From Dicyema japonicum (taxonomy: Eukaryota; Animalia; Dicyemida): a stretch of DNA of 64,000 nt. The notes under the pieces are model-generated. The model made no database searches, was not told where the DNA came from, and worked only from the letters and a program-made list of their open reading frames with translations. Positions 50,096 through 62,197 of the stretch are shown one piece after another; the first letter of the stretch is position 1; each line of letters begins with the position of its first letter. The stretch spans positions 1,316,360 to 1,380,359 of the forward strand of contig RDEW01000001.1 of the NCBI GenBank assembly GCA_011109175.1, written 5' to 3'. The position numbers and the translations under genes are program-made.

Positions 50096-50300
50096 TAATG
50101 CCGTGAGTATCCTCGAAATGAGGGTCCATTGAAGTATAACTACAAGCAGACGAGAACATTGATCTTATTTAAGCAAAGTTCTCCTACAACGAGAGTGAAG
50201 ACAAAAACGGAAATATTTAGCTGCCTAGAGGACCAAATCAAGCCATCTTTTAACAAAAAATCGGCCTAAAACACAAAAATAAAAAGAAACAACTAAAATA

Positions 50301-52022
50301 TTAAACAGATTTATCATTCTTGACTCTTTTATAGACCTTTACCTTCTTCTGTTTCTTAACCCTTTGCGCACGACTCTTCATAGATACGGGGACATCTAAA
50401 TATTACAGACAAATTAACTCAAATCAACAATCGGAGGATTCCTGAAACAAAATGTCTTAGCCACTTGTATCAGATCAAGCTTATGAATATCAAACACATT
50501 CCTTAGATTGTGGGCCGCATATGCACGCACACAGGACTTGAATGCTTTCCCTGGCGGACACATTCAGGTAGTAGTTAGTCTCAACCAGCTTCTCCAACTA
50601 CGGTAACCAACCCCTACAACCTGATCCTGCACCTTGATAAGTTTACCCTCTGCATATTCAAACTCCTCCACATTCACACGTGCTTCCTTTAAATATTCTA
50701 CAAACGCGAGCTCTTCCGGCCTTAGAATCAATAGAGCCTTTCCTTTCCCGCTATCTCCACGTGCTGTTCGTCCAGCTCTGTGGATGTACTCCTTAGGATC
50801 ATCTGGAGGGTCGAACTGTACAACCCAGTCGACTGCAGGAATGTCTAACCCACGTGCAGCAACGTCTGTACAAAGAAGACTCCCGGATGAAGAACTCCCA
50901 AATTCCGTGAAAGTCTTGGTCCTCCTCGTTTGTTTTTGTTTACCCTATAAATGACTCACAGACAGCCAACGTGAATTGACATAACAGGAAGATCAATGTA
51001 ATTAAACAATTCACTGTAAAATTTCACTGCCATACAAGAGGACATAAAAACCATGACCTTCTTCGACTTGTTTTTCTTCAGAAAAGTCAGCAAAAGTAAC
51101 AATTTCTTTTCGGAGGAGATCACCACATACCCCTGAAGTGACTAGATGATCCTACCTGCTGCAGAGAGGATACCGTTGCTTGGTCTTCGGTATCATCGAC
51201 CCCAACGTATTGCGAAGAGTCATTTAGGGAAATTTTTGCCAGACCTTCCGTTTTGGGGGTGATTGTGGCTGAAAATAGCATTGTTTGCCTTTTCCTAAAG
51301 TTGCAATAAATTTGAAAATATCAATAAATTTAAAAATAAAAATTTAATTGTGGTTACTTGGTAGTAGGGATATGATTTTGGTCATTTCCTGTTCGAACCC
51401 AATGTCGAGGATCCTGTCCGCCTCGTCAATAACCAGACATTTCAGGTTCTTGAAAACGAAATTGTCTGAGTGCTGAAACATTTGACATACGAAAAACACC
51501 TTCAAATGATCGAGAAGTCTCCCGGGAGTGGCCACGACTATATTGACACCACCAGAGAGCTTCTTTTTCTCATCCTTCCTGTTGGTCCCGCCGATAATGA
51601 GGGCATATGTTAACTGGCTGTCCTTTATTAAGTCATTGAGCACGTGGAAGGTTTGTATTGACAACTCTCTAGTGGGGGATATTACTATGCAGCCAGTCCC
51701 TACGGGTTACACAAAAAATTACCATTTTTTGGCTGAAAATGGAGTCTTGTTAGGATTTCGATGACTGGAAGTAAAAATGCCAATGTTTTTCCACTTCCTG
51801 TTTTTGCAGAAGCCATTATGTCGCTATGTTGGTGATAAATGAGGTACTTTCCATGAAGAAGATGAGGAATACACTCTGCCTGGATTTTGGACATTGTTTT
51901 GATGTTCATGTCCCCAACTGCGGTTAATAATTCATCAGATAAACGCCCTTTTAGTGAGTCGAATGTAATGTTGGTTAAGATAGAGTTGGTTGACTAAAAA
52001 TTAAGACCACAACAACAACCAT
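50301..52022 (-). CDS. DDX18: DEAD-box RNA helicase DDX18/Has1
   Basis: [80 protein letters not shown]. One +1 frameshift at ~50547. Confidence 0.96.
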
Positions 52023-52140
52023 GTGAATTATTTAAATATTTTGATATATTTATTTAAAAATAATTTAAATATAATTTTTTATTTTAATTACTTAGTTTTA
52101 TTATTCCTTAATATAATTGAATATATTTTGAACAGACATA

Positions 52141-52350
52141 CTGGTGTCATCGGACTCGCCTAATTCTGGAGACGCCCAATGCCTGACATTCAAAAGATCC
52201 ATCTTTTCATTCCACCAGGAGATCATTTCCTTCCATAGCCACGAGTTCTTGCTAGACCTCAGCTTTGCGGACAATGTCCTATATGATGGCTCTATGCGTC
52301 AGAATAACGGGATTAGTTAGTTTTGTTTTACCATTGGTCTTTGGAATAAT
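52141..52350 (+). mobile_element. Family B short element copy B2
   Basis: GGTGTC...GACGCC CA ATGCC...CAAAA GATCC. Similar to B1 along its length. Confidence 0.7.
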
Positions 52351-52949
52351 TTTATTTACTACCGTTTACAATCTAAATGCAGGTGTAAGTCAATAAGCCT
52401 GGAGATAATGATGTCTCGCTGGCAACTACTCTACTATATCCTGTGGATGGAGAACATTCCTATCGAACAGTGCTTTAATAATAGACTACTACCGGTACCT
52501 ACTTGTTCGAAAGGTTCCTTTCTGACCTTTGCTTCTTTAAAAGGTTTTATCTGAACTATCAAACTCGGGAGACGCTATTTACTGTCATGCCCAAAAACAC
52601 TAAATCAATATATAAAAAATCTAAGATGTATGCTCTACAATTCAAAACTGAATTCTAAATTCGGAATGATCTGGTGTTTTCCCTGTGCAATAAAATAGGC
52701 GATCTATCAAAGAAAATAACATTGACTTTCGTTCAAACATCAACGATGCATGAGTATTTTTATATTTTTGAAAGACCCTTTCAATCACAGGATCTCCTTT
52801 CATTCACTCATCAAGTGGACCTGGTAACCTTAAGGATCCAAAAGAAAATTGGAATTCTCAAGGCCTTACGCACTCCCTAACAGGAAGTGTTACAAAACCG
52901 ATGTCTCGGAATATAGTAGAGATCGTCGAAAAGACGCCCACATCGTTAC

Positions 52950-53650
52950 TACAGGGAACACTAAACGTCCCCCAATCATGGAATACCTCACGGAACGTCA
53001 CCAAGACTTCTCAAAATGGCAAACTATTCTAAACATCCCCTCGACTGGAAGTCAAACTATATCTTCTTGGATTCGATCAGTTGGTCGAAGAATCAAGCAT
53101 AAAAAACTAAATTACATAAAGCCAGTGGCATGCATGGCTCGGGAAGTCTGGAAGCGACTGAGTGTTGTATTCCCAAGAACGCTAATAAACAACGAGAATG
53201 GAACAAACTTTTATGCTCAAAGATCATAGACAAGATAAAAAATGAGCTTGATCAGCATCGTCTGGATTGTCTGGCTTCTGCATCGACGAACGAGAGTGGA
53301 GCCTGGTTCAGAGCATTTGCCATGCATCTCACTTGGGACACTATTAGATGGCAACGCGACGAGGATTGGGGTTTCCGTCCGCTTCGAAATAGATGTTCGC
53401 GCGATCCATCGCTAAAATGCCTCCCTCCAACCTTGTTATGACAGCAACTAACTAGGCTCTGCTTCGGAAAAGGCTGAGATCTAAAGATGTCTTGGTGGAC
53501 AGTTCATTTTTGAACCAGTCGCCGTGGAAACGTCAGGAATCATAGGAAGGAGGTCACTGGTCCTGCTAAACAGAATCGGATTGCTCACGCGAAGAAAAAA
53601 TGATAGAGAGAAAGAGGTGGCTCTTCAGCGCATTTCCTTGCAAATCGTGA
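52950..53650 (+). mobile_element. 3' fragment of a CRE-like non-LTR retrotransposon (restriction-like endonuclease type)
   Basis: ESGAWFRA, LDGNATRIGVSVRF, FIFEPVAVETSGIIG. Confidence 0.65.
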
Positions 53651-53824
53651 GACAAAAATGCAAAAAACTCTATGATTATGAGCTATAACAAATAACTGAT
53701 AATTTTTGTTTAAAAATTTTAACTGATTGCTCTGGTTTTTGCTGGTCTGGGACGGAACTATGGGATAACTCAATCTACTATTCTAAATAATAGAATTGTG
53801 TGAAATTAGGACATGAAAATTGAT

Positions 53825-54130
53825 GGCACGTGTGAGATTGGACATAGCCTTATTTTTGGTTGCAAAATCATGCATTTAATCAATTTTATTACCAATTATA
53901 CATTTTACTCCAATTCTCGTCCGAATGGAGAATCAATAATCCTCTCAGACGAGTCATGTGATCCGTCTGTCTCATGTGACATCCAACGCCAGGGTGGCAC
54001 GAAAGGGGGTCATATGCTCTTCCTCACTCTAACTGAAGGGTCCACACAACGTTCTATTCCCTTTCGTTGGTTCTGGGTGGACTTTTGTGATGTTTATGCA
54101 TCTGCTACCATGTGACCTGAACACATTTAG
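53825..54130 (+). mobile_element. Diverged family A copy A4 (module 53951-54013)
   Basis: GCACGTG..GATTGG at the 5' end; GAGTC ATG TGATCC...GACATC CA...GGCAC GAAAG GGGGTCAT; downstream body similar to A1/A2. Confidence 0.7.
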
Positions 54131-54486
54131 TTGTTAGCCATTCTTTCCCGGAATATTTGGGGTCAATAAATAAATCAACCACGGTGGACAACCGCTGCCA
54201 AAGATCCTCTAGGTTTCGTCCACAGCACAATTCCCGTAACTTATCCTTGGATCTTACTGAGCTTTTCCGTTGTCAAAGGGAAGCGGTGGTAATCTCCATC
54301 ATAAAGGATAGTCAAAAAACAAAGTCATGCTTTGATAAGGTATCAGTCATGAAACCCACGTGCATGATAGATGTGTTGTCCGTATTTAAAGCATACTTTA
54401 ACAAATTAATAGTAATTTTTTGAGAAAAACTAATTTCAAAAATTTAAAATTTGATTAAATAAAATTCAGGACATCAAAGTGACAGA

Positions 54487-55567
54487 TCAGTCAGTCATCT
54501 CCGGATTGTGTCCATCACAAATACTGTTCACCAAATCATTAAACTCAGAATCCGTATAAACATGGTGGTCGGACTCAGGAATGTCTACAATCGCCAAAAA
54601 AATTACATAAACTTTTATATCCAACTCACCAGAGCTCGCAATTTTATCTACTCTCTTCCGTGAAATCCCACTGTACTTTCCGTAGATAAACACTGCACGG
54701 AATCTGTGACTCAAGATCCTCTCAGCCAATGGGTTGAGTGCATAGGCGTAGAGGGTCGTTAATCGGTAAAACGCGGTCTCCCCGCTAGAATTCAAGAACC
54801 ATAAACCTGGATTTGAATGACTGTTGGAAAGGTAGATATATTTTTCCATTTGAGGTACCCGGCGGCCTCGAATCTCTGCATTAGACAAGGCCGGGAATAT
54901 TTCAACAAATGAGACCCTAAAATATCCCCCAAATCCCACCAAATCGTCCGAAGATCCTAATGATGCTCATTGGATTTAAATAGTAGTATTTGAACTTGGT
55001 TATTATGGTAGGTCTCGGGTTTATTTCGACGTCATCCGGTTTGGGATCATATCCCCAAGGGTCAGCTAATATCAACTCGGCTACCAAGGAAGGGTATTTC
55101 ATCCAAAATAAGGTCACCTACCTTCCCCAATAAAAATACCAAGTATCCACCAAAACTATGGCCGAGGAGGTGGAATTTCTTTAGATTTAAAAGGCTAGCC
55201 CATTCATAAATGGAAGAAATAAAAAAATCCTCGACCTTTTCAGGCTCCATTGGGAACTCTGGCCGCGAGCTCTGTCCAAACCCAATTAGGTCAAAGGCAT
55301 AAACGGATCGATCTTGTGACAGGCGATCGTAGTTGGTAGCCCACACTCCAATCGAGCCAACATAGCCATGGACTAACACGAGTGGGATGGATTGACTCTC
55401 TTCATTGAAAGAAACAGTCCAAATTTGTTCCCATCGCTTAGTTCTACGTAAAACCTCCGACCATTAGAATTTAGCCCTGTAAATGAGAGATTGTGATTAC
55501 TTTGAAATATATTATGAGTTTCAAACAAAAATAGGTCTTGCGAAACGTCGCAAATGCACTGTTCCAT
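54487..55567 (-). CDS. ABHD4: ABHD4/ABHD5-family alpha/beta hydrolase with intact GHSFG nucleophile (ABHD4-like)
   Basis: LVHGY, VYAFDLIGFGQSSRP, LLGHSFGGYL, LILADPWG, HHVY. Confidence 0.88.
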
Positions 55568-55699
55568 TATCAATAAATTTAATCTTATTTAAATTTGAAA
55601 TCAAATATTTTAAATTTTATTTAATTAAATTTAACAGTAAAATGATATTCAGGTCGATTTAATGTAAAATAATTTATTATTTCTATTAAGCCTAGGAAC

Positions 55700-56020
55700 T
55701 CCACATCCGCCCCCAGTCTGCTTTCAGAGGAGGCGACGTTGAAGAATGGCTAGGGTTTCCTACGTTTCTGCAAGGAACTGGGAAACCCACTCAAGGAAAA
55801 AGTGACCCATGCAGAGGAATTTCGGTCAATTATAAAAAAAAGTGCACGCCGATTGAATTCCTCTGCAGAAGGAAGAGAAGGCGTTTCTGGAATGCGGTTG
55901 GGTCATCAGAAGACTAGATGAAGAGAGTTCGGATGTTGTTGGAGGCTGGGATCACCTAATTAGTTAATTTTTACCTATCTTTCTTGGTGGTCTTGGAGTT
56001 AAATAAATAAATAATAAATA
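55700..56020 (+). mobile_element. LINE 3'-end fragment
   Basis: Ends LLEAGIT* then TAATTAG...ggtggtcttggagttaaataaataa, as at 6480-6550. Confidence 0.7.
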
Positions 56021-57521
56021 AGCCTAGAAACTCTATTAATTCTAGGAACTTCATTGTTTTTCCTCAACAATGCGCATCCATTTTGAAATGAGAACATTTT
56101 GTATAATATATACTTTAACCCTCTGGCTATTTTCTCTAATAAGGTGGTTTAACTAGATTTTTAATTATTGGCAATTAAATGCTCTAAGAAAATGATTATA
56201 GTGTTTAGGATAGTCGAGGACTGGAGAATATATTAATAGTATTAGGATAGTCGAGGGACTGGAAACGGCTTGGTTACCTATTTAGATGGAGCCTCTAGAC
56301 TGGCATCATTAAACAAAGGACCTGAAGGGACAACTGACTTTCTACGGGAAGGTGTTCAATTCACACAAGATCAGTCTCGGAAAGATCCAAGACCCTTAAA
56401 ATAAGAAAATCTCAATGGAGAGTTCATTTTTGAATCGATCAACGGGTGGAGTTATTGGAAGCAAATTAGTGTCCCTGCTAAACCATATTGAATCGCTTAT
56501 CGTGAGAAAGATGGAATAAGTGAGAAGTTTCTTATTGAGCGCATTCCTTACAAATCGTGTTTTACTATGGCAATATTATAATCTGGAGGTAATCAATATT
56601 ACTATTAGCACCTTTGCGGAAGCCATAATACTTATGCTTCCGTCTGCGGAGAGCAAGCACTTTATTTTAGACTAAAGAACAGTTATGCTATTTGCCGAAA
56701 TGGGGTAAAGGAATGTTATAAACTTTTTTGTCGCGTGTGAAAATTTGTAGCAGTGAGGTATCACTTTGTCGCGTGCGAGTTTCTGTCGTATTAAGGTATT
56801 CACGGATGACGATGTCATTCTTTGAACCAGGAAGGATCGTAGATGCGTCGAACCTTCAGTTGGAATTGATAATATGTGATTCGACCCCCAAGCAATCTGA
56901 ATGACACTGAGTCATGCTGGAGGTAAGGACATCTGCTGATAACTATAATGCAGTGAAATAATCGTATAGACGTAAATTTAAAATCGTAATTTTGCGATAA
57001 TCTCACAAATAGTAAATCATGGTATTCTGTCATATAAAATATTTCATCTAATCCTTTAAGCTCTGGGAAATCGGAAATTCAGAAACATGTAAATAAGCAA
57101 TAAATTCAAAACAATTCAAATTTTATTATAATTTAATGGAAATATTAACAATTAAAGACGTTACTATTTATTTAAAATGGTACCCTTTCTATAAAATACT
57201 GGAAATCCCACAATTATAAACTCATACAAATGGAAATTTAGAGTAGATCACAGTTAAAATTAGCATTCCATTCGAGGTTTATTTATGATTTTGATCAAGA
57301 GTAATTAGGTAAGGGGTACGGGGATACAAGAAAGGGTGGATAACTTAATTCGATTCAACTTTTTTAGACTAGGATGGCTTAATAATTAGTTGGATAAGAA
57401 TGTGATTTGATTGGGTGGACCCCAGGGATTTAATTAAGGGTAATTAATATAAACATCAGATAAACAAAACACAAACTGTAACTCAATTACGAAAACACAC
57501 TTTCGATACGATCAGCCTTCA

Positions 57522-60500
57522 CTATAATTCCATCCCCTACAATATCCAACAAATCCTACTCTCAAAATAGCCAATAATTTTCCTCCAAAGTGGCAGCACC
57601 CTCAATGCGGTGCAATCCCACACTACAATCATATTCTTATGTGCTCTAGTAAGAGCCACATTCACTCTCCTACAATAATTATATAACGACCTTTCATCAC
57701 ATAGAAAGGCCAACGACTTGCTTTTCACACACGACAGAATCATCACCTCTCTTTCTGCACCCTGAACGAGTCAGCAGTGGCCACGTGCAGATTCTTCATA
57801 CAAACTCCAATTCTATCACTTATTATCGCTACAACTTCTCAAGTTGTCTCCCAATCTCTGCTACCTGAGCCTTAAAGAAGGTCAACAGACCAACTGAAGA
57901 CGCCTCCCAAATCCCCGAATTGATCAGTCTTCTAGCCAAAGATGCACATAGCTTGGCTTCTCCTATATTTGAATAACTCCCGCCAAGTCTCTCAGACTCC
58001 TCACCCTTAACATCCACAAAAAGAAGTTGGGGCAATTTATTGGACACAATAGAACATCCGTCTGTGATAACCCCTCCATAAAACAGATCATTCGATATCT
58101 GTGAGATTGCTGGGGGACAGCGGTATTGGTAGGTAAGCCAAAAGATGGGATATCCCTTGGAAATATAACAAAACGACAACCAACTGCTGGAGTCGCACAA
58201 ATAAGGTGAGTTGGCCAGTTCCCCCAGCCAAGGCCGGCCCGAGTTGCTGAGGTAAGTCAAAGGACAACCTTGCTGTCCCCAAATGCGATTATAATCTTTG
58301 GCTCAAACTTGAGGATCGGAATAATAGCGGCAGATTCGAGCATTTGACTAGCTTCGTCAAGCAGCATTAGCTAGGATTACTCATAAACTGACTGTCGATT
58401 TGTATTTCTCCAAAGAGGGGTGGTCGCAGGAAGCACAGGTCACTCCAACAAGGAAGGAGTCAGAGGGGTACACCGAATTCCTGGCTGACTTCGGGCCATC
58501 TTTGTATCTTTCAGCGTGAATACTCCCATATTGGTAAATCTAACCTGTGGGGGATCAAAGTCTTGTCTATTCGTCTGTAACTCCCCACTCTAATAAAGTC
58601 GTCAAACTTGTTCTCATGCAATCTGAATAATAATAAAATAAACATTGAAAGAACTCTATCAACTGCCACGTTAGTCAAAGCACAGAGCACAGCACTCAAC
58701 TCAATAGAAGATCTACATGACAGTTCCTTCATGAGCACCACCAGTAAGGCGAGTAGGAAACTCTTCCCCGAACCAAATACGCCTAAATGATTTGAACCCC
58801 AACCTTCCACAATAATAATAGGAGACGCACACTGACCAGTAAGCACATCCACAATTTGTTCGACCACCTTCTTCTGATCTGGGTTAAGGTCAAACCGTTC
58901 GAATATGTCTCCTACAACCTCCTGCCATTACAACTAAATAACCTTGGCCACGTGGCTATGTATGTTTACAAAGGGAGTGAACTCTGTGGGAATACCGAGA
59001 ATATACGGGAGAACGGTGAGACTGGGAGGAGTTCTGAACTGTGATTTAAGCGAGATTAGGCGCGACACCTCATTGCTAAGGTCGTCTATAAGGAGCAGAT
59101 AACAGGAAGCTATATAAGTGATAATCTCTACAGTCTAGTATATCTCCGAGGGGAGACAACAATTCCATATCAATCAATCCGGAGGACGAGGGGCCGAAGG
59201 AACGAGATCGCATAATAGTAGCGTCCAAAAAAGTTACGTGTTTACAGATGACCCAAATGTCACCTAATAAGGAGTATTCCAGCATACCTTTATTAAACAA
59301 GCTAGATTTATCCAATTTCTGTAATATTCTCACAGTAAATAGATTCTTATCCTTCAGATTAGCTACATATACACCTTTCTAAGTACACTAGCTCCGACAT
59401 ACACAATCAATTCATGTTTTCTACATAGAGACATGAAAAGGCGGGTAGTCTGCTCTGTCTCGACAGTTCTAGAGGGGTTTAAGCTGTTAGCCCATTTGAA
59501 GAACTATAAATAATTAAATAGCCAACTGGGCATTGTAGAGTTATATTGGAGACGTCCTGTCGTCCTTTAGAGCTCCCACATAGGTAGTAAAAGCGACCCT
59601 GATTTTCATTGAGCTTGAGGACTTGCTTCACTTTCGCTTTTAAACCACAGTGGCAGTTTGGTGAACTCCTTCCTAGAAAAAGGGCTAGAATTGAAGACAT
59701 AGCTAATAACCACAGTGCTGTCCTAGCACGTGTCTATATGTCTTGGTGGCGTCCAATAAAATTGAATTAATACAATCTTATTTAGAGTACCATACTACAT
59801 TCTGTCATGGCAATATTGTACTCAATGTACTCCTCATATGAATCAAATGAAGTGGTAGTCACTAGTTTGCAAGGCAAAGAAATGCCGGGGGACGGAAAAC
59901 ATAATGTTAGGAGAATATCGGTATCGACAAGGAGAGTAGTGTTCTCAGATACAACTTCACTAGTGTCTGGTGTGATCTATTCGTTTTCATTGATAGACAC
60001 CAATTCGTTGGGGTTTGAGGAGAGACTTATGTCCCGATTAGTTAAAATTGATTCCGTATTAGAAGTAGTTGATACCCATCCGGAGGTAAATGTGAGGGAA
60101 TCGCTTTCGGGACAAAGAATAGCTCCCTCATTGAGAGCTGTCCTTTCGTCGTTTGCTGAAAATAAATCTTTCTTTGTTTCGACTGTCAATAATTGAGAAA
60201 GAATGTGGGCTATTTCTCTCGGGGTTCTATTCATGGAAGGACTAGTCAGTTTGTACTTCCTTTTCGTTGCATGGATTAGTGGGTTTACAGTGACTGGATC
60301 TTCCAAAGAGCTGAAAATTTGGGCATTTAAAATACGCAGAATTAATTTCTTCCACAGACAAAGAGTCGACATTAATCATTAGTTTGTCAGTTTCCAAAAT
60401 TTCTCCAATTTGTACTTTCGAGGAATGGAGGACATCAATCCTCTTGAAACGATCGTCGAATATTTCATACTATGATTTATATTGAATGTCATACTCTAGA

Positions 60501-60615
60501 GCAGCTAGGGTTGTATTTCATGACACCGTCATGCCATTTTTTAGATTTCTTTGATTTATCAGTTGTGTAAAGAATCTAAAGTCATCAAACACACCACTAC
60601 AAGAAATGAATCCAT
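57522..60615 (-). CDS. ZGRF1: Compact ZGRF1 (DUF2439, GRF zinc finger, Upf1-like SF1 helicase)
   Basis: ILYTTDKSKKSKKWHDG (DUF2439); CHCGLKAK...NQGRFYYLC (GRF); GVFGSGKS, TNVAVD, LDEASQ, QYRCPPAI, RRVNVALTRA. Confidence 0.92.
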
Positions 60616-62197
60616 TTTACCGCTCAAAATAATATATTTTATAATTATTTTAAAATAAAAATTAATTATTTATTAGTTCAAATTATAATCATAAAATTGT
60701 CAGTCTAATTGACCTCTCAATTTAATCCTTCTTTCCCATCCTCGACCAGTCTGCAATCTGAAATAGCGAGTTTTGGATCCTCAATCTGTGGGGGCAAATT
60801 TGATTTTTCTTTCGATCAGCGGTAGAGCCGCCGAATCATGTAAAAACAAAATAAACCCACATCTCTTCAAATTATGATAAAAGAGGACAAAAATATAGCA
60901 AAAACATCGTGGCCCGTTGTGTAATATCGACATCACTTAATAAATAAATTAACTTTTCCGCGATTATTTCTTCAGATGTGTTTATGTAAATACTTAGAAT
61001 AATTTTCTTGTGTGTCTGTTGTTCACAAAATTACTTGTTCGAGGTTTCGTTTAGGCTACGTCCACAAATTCTCCACGTTTTGAGTGCAGATTGAAAATAA
61101 AATTTAAAAATGATTTGAAATTAAAAGGAAGCGACTGACGCACTATGTTCTGGGTTTTTCTTAATTGGAGACCGGTATCTTGTCCTCTATATATTGTTAT
61201 TATATCTTATTTTTCAATTGGAGATCAATTTTTCGTATTTTTTGATTTCATGATAAAAAGATCACTTTGATAGGCTATTGAAATGAAATTCTAAACACAT
61301 ATGAACAGATCCATGTGATCTACAATGAATGGGAAATCTCCAAGACTTATTTTTTGAAAAAAACGAATTGTTAAGTTTTTCATTATTTTCAAAAAAGTGA
61401 TCAGAGATTTTTAAATTTTCCAAAAAAATGAAAATAGTAAACTCAAGTCATATTAGTCGAGTTAAAAAGCAATAGGCGGTTAATTTCCTATCAGATAAAG
61501 CAAGTTTGTCCAGCAGTTGCTAACTTTTCCTTTTTGGCTATGCAAAATAAGTAAAATAAATAGTCGGGAATGGATGAACTAAGACATAATTTTTGTTCAG
61601 GGTTATTCAATATTAGTCTGGTACTATGTGACTACTTGAATTGAAGTTTTTTTGTTTGTTTCTTCTGTCCCTTTTAGCTCCAGAGAGCTTGAATTGTTGA
61701 TTGCATCATGTAGTTCACCATCTCTGCCAGATATAATCCTAAATTGAAAAATTATTATATTCAAAAAGGACCATCCAGAGAAGTTCCCTATGGACGGCAT
61801 TTCCTTAAAGTCAGAGCATGTGAAGATTGCTGAGGGAGGCCGGGATTACCTGAATTTTTTCATTCTAGGTATGACGGTGGTTTTCTGGTTCAATCAATTT
61901 AATAATAAATATGTTGAATTTAATATATTCGTTTTGTTCACTAAAAAAATCAGACGTGATTTAAATATCAGAGTTAATGAATTTTTCCAAACTAAGTAAT
62001 CACATGTGCAACCAAATTAGTAAACAACTTTACAAAAAAGAGTAAAACAAAAGGGGGTCTCGATTTTAACTCCGAAATAAAATATGTAGATAATATAAAA
62101 AATCAATTTTAATCAAATTCACAAAAAAATTAAAATAAAATTTATTTTCTTTTACGTTTATTAGCAAGATTTTCAATTTTGTTGGAAATTAATTTTC

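Noticed and set aside
56500-56720. Helitron/PIF1 helicase C-terminal relic (LIERIP, FTMAI, SHNTY)
   Set aside because: The motifs are too degenerate and scattered across frames to support a call without a search.
60700-62050. Small minus-strand genes between ZGRF1 and IGHMBP2
   Set aside because: Candidate micro-introns exist, but I could not assemble an open frame or recognise a domain.
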